A DNA stretch of 35,914 nucleotides from Microcystaceae cyanobacterium (GTDB taxonomy: Bacteria > Cyanobacteriota > Cyanobacteriia > Cyanobacteriales > Microcystaceae): NCBI GenBank assembly GCA_041746575.1, contig JBGTGT010000052.1:1-35914 (forward strand), given 5' to 3'. This document shows positions 28,282 to 35,914 of this stretch, one piece after another; position 1 is the first letter of the stretch, and each line of letters begins with the position of its first letter. Below the pieces are notes generated by a model, which was not told the DNA's origin, ran no database searches, and saw only the letters and a program-made list of their open reading frames with translations. A program made the position numbers and the translations under genes.

Positions 28282-29205
28282 ATGACAGCTACCCCTTTAT
28301 CGCCCCCTCATTTTCAAGGAATCGTCCATCAATTTGTCTGGAATTACCAAAACGGCTCATTTCAGATGACTTATGAAACCTTTGGGCAAGGTGAGCCTAT
28401 TTTGCTCCTTCCGGCCTTTAGTACCGTTTCCAGCCGAACAGAAATGGCAAAAATTGCCCAAGACTTAGCCTCAGATTATCAAGTCACTCTCTTAGACTGG
28501 TTGGGCTTTGGAGACTCAGAACGACCTAATTTAGACTATCAGCCCTCTCTTTATCAGCAATTATTAACAGATTTTGTGACAAGTTGCTTCGATCAATCCA
28601 TTATCGTCATTGCATCAGGTCACGCATCGGGTTACGCTCTGAGATTGGCTCAAACCCACCCTCATCTTATCCAACAAATCGCCCTCATTGCCCCCACTTG
28701 GCGCGGCCCTTTACGAGTGATGGGAGTAAACCAAAAGTTGCGAAAGAGTCTTAAAAATCTTGTTAGAATGCCACTTATTGGACAATTCCTCTATTATCTA
28801 AACACCACTCCGTCTTTCTTACGTTTTATGTATCGTCGTCATGTCTATGTTGATCAGACGAAACTAACGCCAGACTTTATCACCCACAAACGCCAAATTA
28901 CTCAACATCAAGGAGCAAGATTTGCACCTGTTGCCTTTGTCACCGGAGAAATTGACCCTTTTAATAATCGCTCTGAAACTTTGTCCCTAGTTGCTTCGCT
29001 TTCTCAACCGATTTTAATAATTATCGCCGAACAAGCCCCCCCTTCTTCTAAAGCAGAAATGGAAGCGATCGCCTATGGCTCGCCTTCAGCGAACGCCCAA
29101 CTTCCTAACGTAACCGCCATTCGAGTATCCGGAACATTAGGAGTTTATGAAGAATTTGCCGAAGAAGTATCCCACGCGATACGGAATTTTAGGCAAAATA
29201 GTTAA
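28282..29205 (+). CDS. Alpha/beta-hydrolase-fold protein, non-canonical catalytic motifs
   Basis: LLLPAFSTVSSR, DWLGFGDS and APTWRGPL. The elbow reads SGHASG rather than GxSxG, and the C-terminal GTLGVYEE lacks the usual His. Confidence 0.85.
   Translation: MTATPLSPPHFQGIVHQFVWNYQNGSFQMTYETFGQGEPILLLPAFSTVSSRTEMAKIAQDLASDYQVTLLDWLGFGDSERPNLDYQPSLYQQLLTDFVTSCFDQSIIVIASGHASGYALRLAQTHPHLIQQIALIAPTWRGPLRVMGVNQKLRKSLKNLVRMPLIGQFLYYLNTTPSFLRFMYRRHVYVDQTKLTPDFITHKRQITQHQGARFAPVAFVTGEIDPFNNRSETLSLVASLSQPILIIIAEQAPPSSKAEMEAIAYGSPSANAQLPNVTAIRVSGTLGVYEEFAEEVSHAIRNFRQNS
29065..29096 (+). repeat. 24-nt short dispersed repeat inserted in frame at a HIP1 site
   Basis: GCGATCGC-CTATGGCTCGCCTTCA-GCGAACGC: a HIP1 site and a HIP1-like copy 24 nt apart, with internal hairpin TCGC-CTTCA-GCGA, encoding YGSPSANA. 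Confidence 0.7.
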
Positions 29206-29217
29206 TAAAACAGCTTT

Positions 29218-29238
29218 TGACTCTTTATGGCAGAGTCA
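29218..29238. terminator. Hairpin between convergent hydrolase and uvrA
   Basis: TGACTCT-N7-AGAGTCA immediately after the uvrA stop. Confidence 0.45.
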
Positions 29239-32115
29239 TTAAAATAACAAGGGCTTCAAATATTCTCCTGTATAAGAAGACGGATGATTCGCAACCTCTT
29301 CGGGAGTACCTGTTACGATAATTTCTCCTCCTTTGTCCCCTCCTTCTGGCCCCAAATCAATAATCCAATCACAACAACGAATCACATCTAAATTGTGTTC
29401 AATAACGACAATTGAATTGCCTTTATCAACCAACCGTTGTAGAACATTTAGTAGATGATGCACATCATAAAAAGATAATCCGGTTGTGGGTTCATCAATT
29501 AAATATAAGGTTTTTCCGGTAGCGCGGCGCGATAATTCGGAGGCGAGTTTGACCCGTTGCGCTTCTCCCCCTGATAATGTAGGAGCAGGTTGACCTAGTT
29601 TAACATAGCCTAAACCCACATCGACCAAGGTTTGTAAACGATTCACTGCACGAGGAATATTTTCAAAGACCTTTAACGCTTCTTCAGCAGTCATATTTAA
29701 CACATCCGCAATGGAATATCCCTTATATTTAACCTGTAATGTTTCTCGATTGTATCTTGCCCCTTTACAAACCTCACACTGTACATAAACATCAGGTAAA
29801 AAATTCATTTCAATTACGTTTACCCCTTGCCCTGAACACGCTTCACACCGTCCACCTTTGACATTAAAAGAAAATTGTCCTGCTTTGTAACCTCTGGCTT
29901 TCGCTTCGATTGTTTCAGTAAAAATTGCTCGAATGACATCAAAAACTCCCGTATAAGTGGCAGGATTAGAACGAGGCGTTCGTCCGATCGGGGATTGGTC
30001 AATTACAATCACTTTATCAACAAAATTTAAGCCTTTAATTTCTTTTAATTGTTTTGGAAAAGGCACATTTCGACTTAAATGGTGTTGTAAAGCAGGATAT
30101 AACAATTCATTAATTAAAGTAGATTTTCCTGAGCCAGAAACTCCTGTAATACAGACTAATTTTCCGAGGGGAATTTCGACATCAATATGCTGTAAATTGT
30201 TTTGGAAACAATCTTTTAAAACCAACTTTTTATGATTGCCTATCCGTCTTTTTGAAGGGGCTTCAATCTTTAATTTTCCAGATAAATAAGCTCCTGTTAA
30301 AGAATTTTTTGCCTTAAGTAAGGTGTTAAAATTTCCTTCACTGATAATTTCTCCGCCATGAATACCTGCTTTTGGTCCAATATCAACCAAATAATCTGCA
30401 TTGCGAATGGTGTCTTCATCATGTTCTACAACAATTAAAGTGTTGCCTAAGTCTCTTAACTTTTTTAAAGTGGTTAATAGACGATGATTGTCCCGTTGAT
30501 GGAGTCCAATACTCGGTTCGTCCAAAACATACAAAACCCCCGTTAAACCTGAGCCAATTTGTGTTGCTAAACGAATGCGTTGTGCTTCACCGCCTGATAA
30601 GGTCATTGCCGGCCTATCTAAGGTTAAATAATCTAACCCCACATCTAACAGAAATTGTAAACGCTCCTTAATTTCTTTGAGGGCTAATTCACCAATTAAA
30701 GCCTGTCTTTGGGTTAATTGTAAACGATTGATTCTTGCTAAAGATTCTTGAACAGAAACACAGGTTAAATCCGTAATATTATGTTGTCCTAGCTTCACGG
30801 CTAAAGTTTCCGGTTTTAAGCGTTTTCCCTCGCAGGTTTCACAAATTTGATTGACAATATATTTTTCCAATTTCTGTTTAATTAGATCCGAACTGGTTTC
30901 TTGATAATTGCGATCTAATAATTGAAGAATTCCCACAAATTTTCGATAGTAACCCTTCTCTCTGTTGTAGCGGGAATCATTGGTCATCCAGATTTGTTCA
31001 TCTGTGCCGTATAATAAAAGCTTTTGCTGTTCTTCAGTTAATTTAGACCAAGGGGTTGACAGTTCAAAACCAAACGCTTCTCCTAAACTATCTAATAAAG
31101 AAAGATAATAAGAATTGTCTTTATCTGACCAAGGAGCGATCGCTGCATATAACGGTTTATTAGGGTCTGGAATCACTAAATCGGGCGAAAAAGTGCGTAA
31201 ACTGCCTAAACCATGACAACTAGGACAAGCCCCATAAGGAGAATTAAAAGAAAATAAACGAGGGGATAATTCCTCCATAACTGCCCCATGTTCAGGACAA
31301 GCGAAGTTCTCAGAAAAAACAATTTCTGGGGGTAATTTTCCAGCCAGATTTTCTTCTTTATCCGAATCATTACTTTCAGGATTAATGCCGACTAAATCAA
31401 CAATAGCAATTCCTTCTGCTTGCTTCAAACAAGTGCTGAGAGAATCTACTAATCTTTCTTGAATTCCCTCCTTTTTGATCAAACGATCTATGACAATTTC
31501 AATATTATGTTTATGATTTTTTTCCAACTCAATGTTATCCGATAATTCTCGGACTTCTCCATTAATTCTGACTCTGATAAAACCCTGAGACGCTAAACTC
31601 GATAATAACTGTTTGTGTGTTCCTTTTTTGCCTCGGATCACTGGTGCAAGTAATTGAAAACGAGTCCCCTCAGGTAAGACCATAATGCGATCGCACATTT
31701 GGTCAATGGTTTGGGGTGCGATGTTACGCTGGCAATGGGGACAATGGGGTTCGCCCGCTCGACCAAAGAGTAGTCTAAGATAATCATAGATTTCTGTGAC
31801 TGTACCGACCGTGGAACGCGGATTGTGAGAAGTTGACTTTTGATCGATGGAAATAGACGGACTTAACCCTTCAATCGCATCAACATCGGGTTTATCTAAT
31901 TGTCCCAAAAATTGCCGCGCATACGCACTCAAAGATTCTACATATCGCCGTTGTCCTTCAGCGAAAATCGTATCAAACGCCAGAGAGGATTTACCTGATC
32001 CAGAAACACCCGTGAAAACAATAAGTTGATCACGAGGAAGGTCAAGATTGACGTTTTTTAAGTTATGTTGCCGTGCGCCACGAATGCGAATGGTATTAGG
32101 GTTGGATGAGGTCAT
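29239..32115 (-). CDS. uvrA: Excinuclease ABC subunit A
   Basis: GARQHNLKN, two GVSGSGKS Walker A motifs, two LSGGEAQR signatures and zinc-finger Cys pairs; 958 aa. Confidence 0.99.
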   Translation of the reverse strand: MTSSNPNTIRIRGARQHNLKNVNLDLPRDQLIVFTGVSGSGKSSLAFDTIFAEGQRRYVESLSAYARQFLGQLDKPDVDAIEGLSPSISIDQKSTSHNPRSTVGTVTEIYDYLRLLFGRAGEPHCPHCQRNIAPQTIDQMCDRIMVLPEGTRFQLLAPVIRGKKGTHKQLLSSLASQGFIRVRINGEVRELSDNIELEKNHKHNIEIVIDRLIKKEGIQERLVDSLSTCLKQAEGIAIVDLVGINPESNDSDKEENLAGKLPPEIVFSENFACPEHGAVMEELSPRLFSFNSPYGACPSCHGLGSLRTFSPDLVIPDPNKPLYAAIAPWSDKDNSYYLSLLDSLGEAFGFELSTPWSKLTEEQQKLLLYGTDEQIWMTNDSRYNREKGYYRKFVGILQLLDRNYQETSSDLIKQKLEKYIVNQICETCEGKRLKPETLAVKLGQHNITDLTCVSVQESLARINRLQLTQRQALIGELALKEIKERLQFLLDVGLDYLTLDRPAMTLSGGEAQRIRLATQIGSGLTGVLYVLDEPSIGLHQRDNHRLLTTLKKLRDLGNTLIVVEHDEDTIRNADYLVDIGPKAGIHGGEIISEGNFNTLLKAKNSLTGAYLSGKLKIEAPSKRRIGNHKKLVLKDCFQNNLQHIDVEIPLGKLVCITGVSGSGKSTLINELLYPALQHHLSRNVPFPKQLKEIKGLNFVDKVIVIDQSPIGRTPRSNPATYTGVFDVIRAIFTETIEAKARGYKAGQFSFNVKGGRCEACSGQGVNVIEMNFLPDVYVQCEVCKGARYNRETLQVKYKGYSIADVLNMTAEEALKVFENIPRAVNRLQTLVDVGLGYVKLGQPAPTLSGGEAQRVKLASELSRRATGKTLYLIDEPTTGLSFYDVHHLLNVLQRLVDKGNSIVVIEHNLDVIRCCDWIIDLGPEGGDKGGEIIVTGTPEEVANHPSSYTGEYLKPLLF

Positions 32116-32544
32116 AGAGACACAACTTAACAGTCCTTAATAATGATAACGGTTATCTTGAGATTAAGGGTACGAAGTCAAGAATGGTAAGGATTCTTGA
32201 AAAAGCACAATGAATAAGGATAATGCTCGATATCTTGAGGAAGAACTACAATAATACCAACATTTTAATGTTTAAGTTGACAATATTTTTTTCGATAGAT
32301 AGCATTCGAGCAAAAATTCAATCCCTCACATTTCCTAACGTATAATCTTGCCTTTACCCCTAAGCTAAATTAGTGTTATTGCTGATGCTAGGCACATTGT
32401 TAGGGTCATTTTGAGGGTGCGCGCAACTTTTCAATTTTAACTTTAGTAACCATAATCGTTTATGACTTGACTTTCCGCCTATCATATTTTGTTGAGAAAG
32501 CTTATTCTCTCTCTGAAAACCAATTTAATGTCAAAGAAATATTT

Positions 32545-33621
32545 ATGATCAATCGTCAGGATCTCATCCAGTTACAGAGTCTAAGAAGCAGACCTGCTCT
32601 ATCCCTTTTATTGCCGACACATCGCACTTCACCAGAGAATAAACAAGATCCGATTTTGGTCAAAAATTTAGTCAACGAGGCGAGAGCGCGGCTGTCTGAA
32701 GAATTTTCTAAGCGTGAGTTAGCTCCATTCGTCCAAAATCTAGAGAAACTGGTCAGCGAAATTGAATATCCTCACACCCTCGACGGTTTGGCTCTATATA
32801 TAAGTCCTGTCTTTGCTAAACTCTATTATCTTCCTTTTGCAGTCCCCACACGGGTGATCATCGATCAAACCTTTGCCACACGAGATTTGGTTTATGGCAT
32901 GCACCGCTCCCTGCGTTATTGGGTCTTATTGCTCAGTCAAGCATCCACTCGTTTATTAGCGGGGACAGGAGAAACCCTCGAAGAAGTGGTTGATCAAAAC
33001 TTCCCGATGCAAATGACAGGGCCAGGAGCAACCACCGCACTTCCCTACGATTCGGATTCAAGCTACCTAGACGACAGACATCGTCGTTTTTTCCAACAGG
33101 TAGATAACGCTTTTTCATCCTATACTCAGAATGAAGTACTGCCCTTGGTTGCGGGCGGTGTTGATCGCCAAGTAGCCTTCTTTCAAGAGGTTTCCCAACA
33201 TAATCAAGCAATAGCAGGAACGCTCAGTGGTAATTTTGACAAAGCGACTCCTCATGAACTCACCCCATCTGTCTGGTCAATCGTACAGTCCTTTCGGGAG
33301 ACCCAACAAATGAACGCTTTACAGGAATTAGAAGATGCCGTCAGTGCGCAAAAGGTTGTTTCTACCATAGAAGAGGCGTGGCGACTGGCTAACGAAGGCC
33401 GAGGAAAATTGCTGTTGGTCGAAAAAAACTATCATTTACCTGCAATCATGACTGAAAATAACCAGCTTGAGTTGGTCGATGCAGCGGGTGGCACAGAGGT
33501 CATGGACGATGCCGTGGATGAAGTGATAGAAGTTGTCTTAGCGAAGGGAGGGAATGCGGTTTTGGTAGAAGATGGAGCATTATCAATTCATCGCAAAATC
33601 GCTCTAATTTTGCGCTACTGA
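32545..33621 (+). CDS. baeRF3-like protein (bacterial aeRF1/Pelota-superfamily homologue)
   Basis: SLLLPTHR..PENKQDPI.VKNL, IDQTFATRDL..., RYWVLLLS...RL, GRGKLLLV, DAVDEVIE.VL.KGG and IALILRY C-terminus. No GGQ motif. Start placed at ATG 32545. Confidence 0.8.
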   Translation: MINRQDLIQLQSLRSRPALSLLLPTHRTSPENKQDPILVKNLVNEARARLSEEFSKRELAPFVQNLEKLVSEIEYPHTLDGLALYISPVFAKLYYLPFAVPTRVIIDQTFATRDLVYGMHRSLRYWVLLLSQASTRLLAGTGETLEEVVDQNFPMQMTGPGATTALPYDSDSSYLDDRHRRFFQQVDNAFSSYTQNEVLPLVAGGVDRQVAFFQEVSQHNQAIAGTLSGNFDKATPHELTPSVWSIVQSFRETQQMNALQELEDAVSAQKVVSTIEEAWRLANEGRGKLLLVEKNYHLPAIMTENNQLELVDAAGGTEVMDDAVDEVIEVVLAKGGNAVLVEDGALSIHRKIALILRY

Positions 33622-33648
33622 TGTTAATATCAGGAAAAAATAAGATAA

Positions 33649-33826
<178 letters not shown>

Positions 33827-34750
33827 ACGTGAGTTCGACGAAAATTTATAGAGGAAAGGAAAGCACCAGCTTTATGCTAGAAGCAGCGTTCACTGAGGTC
33901 TGGTGCTATGGAGCTAAAATCTCGCCTCGATCTTACCGAGGTATTTTGTGATGTAGATGACTTCTATCAAGGATTTGAACAGCATTGTGGTTCCATCCCT
34001 CAATTGGCAGCATCAATTGGAGAAAAAAGGTGTCGTTCTCGTCTGAGTGTAAGTGAAGTCATGACCATTGTAATCGCTTTTCATGGGTCAGGTTATCGGA
34101 CTTTCAAAGAATTTTACACTTTACAAGTTCTTCCCCATTGGGAAAAAGCGTTTCCTAACCTAGTTAGTTATAATCGATTCGTGGAACTCATGCCTTGGTC
34201 GCTGATGTTACTCTGTTGTTTTTGGCAGACTCGCCAAGGAGAAATCACTGGAATTAGCTTCATTGATTCGACTCCAATAGAAGTATGTCATCCAGCACGC
34301 AGCAGTTCACACAGAGTTTTTGAAGGCTTAGTTGGATGGGGTAAAAATTCTGTTGGATGGCATTATGGCTTTAAACTTCATTTAATTATAAATGAGCGAG
34401 GAGAATTATTAGCTTTTAAGCTCACTCCAGGCAATACAGATGACCGTAAACCTGTACCTAAGTTAACACAAGATTTGATTGGCAAATTATTGGGAGACCG
34501 AGGATATATTTCTCAAGAACTCTTTGAAAAGCTCTATGAACAAGGACTTCAATTAATTACTCGTCATAAAAAGAAGATAAAACAAAAGTTAGTGAAACTT
34601 ATTGATAAAATTTTACTTCGTAAGCGTTCTTTAATTGAAACGGTTAACGACCAACTCAAAAATATCTCCCAAATCGAACATTCGAGACATCGTAGTATTT
34701 GGAACTTTTTTGTTAATCTCTTTGGGGGACTGATTGCTTATACTTATTTA
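33827..34750 (+). mobile_element. IS982-family element 1, interrupted near its 3' end
   Basis: Left end ACGTGAGTTCGACG at 33827; no matching right end in the window. Confidence 0.85.
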
Positions 34751-34756
34751 ACCTGA
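33908..34756 (+). pseudogene. IS982 transposase, C-terminally truncated
   Basis: FCDVDDF, FIDSTP, GFKLHL, GDRGY, IETVNDQLKN and EHSRHRS. It ends AYTYLT*, with the stop supplied by the next IS and without the KKPSL tail seen in the neighbouring transposase. Confidence 0.85.
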
Positions 34757-35714
34757 GTTCGGGATAAGAAAAAGGACAGGTAATAAACTGAAAATAACAA
34801 CTTTCTTCAGCTAACCTGTCCTATGTTGAGTTTAGACGCTTTGTTTTGTCATGTAGATGATTTCTGCTCCTGTTTTGAAGCTCAATGGAGAAAAAAATTG
34901 TTGAATCATGGAGCAATCAAACGTTTTAGAGCTAAAAATCTCTGTTTAAGCGAAATCATGACAATTCTAATCGCTTTTCATCAGAATCACTCCCGTAATT
35001 TCCAGCATTTCTATCTCAATCATGTAAAACAACAATGGCACTTGGCTTTTCCTGGACTTCCAAGTTATCAGCGATTTGTTGAATGGATACCCTCGACCCT
35101 GATTCCTTTGTGTGTCTATCTCAAACACTGTTTTGGGCATTGTACAGGTATTGGTTTTGTCGATTCAACTAGCCTAAAAGTCTGTCATAATCGTCGGATT
35201 GGTCGTCATAAGGTCTTTGATGGTTTAGCACAGAGGGGGAAAACTTCTGTAGATTGGTTTTTTGGCTTTAAACTTCATTTGGTGGTCAATGAGTTGGGTC
35301 AAATCTTAAATGTTACTCTTACTCCTGGCAATATCGATGACCGTCGCCCTGTTCCCAAGCTCCTTCAAGGTCTTTTTGGCAAAATTTTTGCTGACCGGGG
35401 TTATGTCTGCCAAAAACTGGCCAATCAACTTCTTGAAGAATTGAAGATTCAATTCTTTGCCAAACCACGCCGTAATATGAAGAATAAGTTAATGCGTCTT
35501 CATGACAAGCTTTTATCCCGTCAACGCTCTATTATCGAGACCCTTAATGACCAACTCAAGAACATTTCCCAGATTGAACATTCGAGACATCGATCGCCTG
35601 TTAATTTTTGCGTTAATGTTCTATGCGGATTGATTGCTTATTGTCATCAGGCAAAGAAGCCTAGCCTTCATCTCGACTGGCTTTTACCTCAATCTGCTTA
35701 ACCCGAACTCAGGT
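34751..35714 (+). mobile_element. IS982-family element 2, complete (964 bp)
   Basis: Terminal inverted repeats ACCTGAGTTCGGGATAAG and CTTAACCCGAACTCAGGT (17/18 match), flanked by TA on both sides. Confidence 0.93.
34823..35701 (+). CDS. IS982 transposase (intact, 292 aa)
   Basis: FCHVDDF, FVDSTS, ADRGY, IETLNDQLKN and KKPSL. Confidence 0.95.
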   Translation: MLSLDALFCHVDDFCSCFEAQWRKKLLNHGAIKRFRAKNLCLSEIMTILIAFHQNHSRNFQHFYLNHVKQQWHLAFPGLPSYQRFVEWIPSTLIPLCVYLKHCFGHCTGIGFVDSTSLKVCHNRRIGRHKVFDGLAQRGKTSVDWFFGFKLHLVVNELGQILNVTLTPGNIDDRRPVPKLLQGLFGKIFADRGYVCQKLANQLLEELKIQFFAKPRRNMKNKLMRLHDKLLSRQRSIIETLNDQLKNISQIEHSRHRSPVNFCVNVLCGLIAYCHQAKKPSLHLDWLLPQSA

Positions 35715-35914
35715 TATATGAAATCGCTGAATATTTGCTACAGATAGAGCGTCTAAAATAAAATTCCATCCGGTGATTGAAGCAATTGTTGTTGAGGTTA
35801 ATTCTAACAAAACTTGAGATAATTTACTTCTTAATTCCTCTGAATTATTAAACAATTCCCACTTGAGATGCTTCTTGATTTCTTTCCACAATCGTTCAAT
35901 GGGATTGACTTGCG
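35715..35914 (-). mobile_element. Right end of a second, different IS630-family element
   Basis: Minus strand reads QVNPIERLWKEIKKHLKW...SITGWNFILDALSVANI. The element ends at TA 35715-35716, abutting IS982 element 2. Confidence 0.85.

Noticed and set aside
32168..32182. LexA box upstream of uvrA (GGTACGAAGTC)
   Set aside because: Only the GTAC half-site matches the cyanobacterial RGTAC-N3-DGTWC consensus.
1532..33211. Short nested or antisense ORFs in the track (e.g. 1532-1876, 4899-5159, 10108-10383, 12789-13103, 20520-20813, 24883-25173, 29957-30235, 32933-33211)
   Set aside because: They lie within well-supported genes on another frame or strand and show no independent motifs.

Overview
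Cyanobacterial chromosomal window (at least 13 HIP1 GCGATCGC octamers; cyanobacterial-type tRNA-Phe and Zur boxes). Both ends stop inside IS630 transposases, so it is probably a whole contig broken at repeats. From left to right: (1) the remnant end of a likely tRNA-Phe-anchored island (IS630 end, a decayed ORF, a small ribbon-helix-helix gene with its own operator); (2) a TgpA-like transglutaminase-fold membrane protein lacking its catalytic Cys and His; (3) an ~11 kb surface-glycosylation cluster with three unannotated GT-C-like polytopic membrane proteins, a DPM1/GtrB-like GT2, a methyltransferase-GT2 fusion, a stand-alone methyltransferase and a flippase-like protein; (4) a single ORF fusing a C5-cytosine methyltransferase to a HaeII-like restriction endonuclease; (5) housekeeping envelope genes; (6) a Zur-controlled zinc module (COG0523 GTPase, WD40 protein, znuCB and a frameshifted znuA); (7) an alpha/beta hydrolase carrying a 24-nt in-frame insertion at a HIP1 site; (8) uvrA; (9) a baeRF3-like (aeRF1/Balon-related) gene; and (10) a flavin oxidoreductase pseudogene broken by nested IS982, IS982 and IS630 elements. 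The best candidates for undescribed biology are the C5-MTase/REase fusion, the multi-GT-C glycosylation cluster with head-to-head start codons 1 bp apart, and the RHH gene that carries copies of its putative operator inside its own coding sequence. All family assignments come from motifs read by eye and recalled knowledge; no database search was run.
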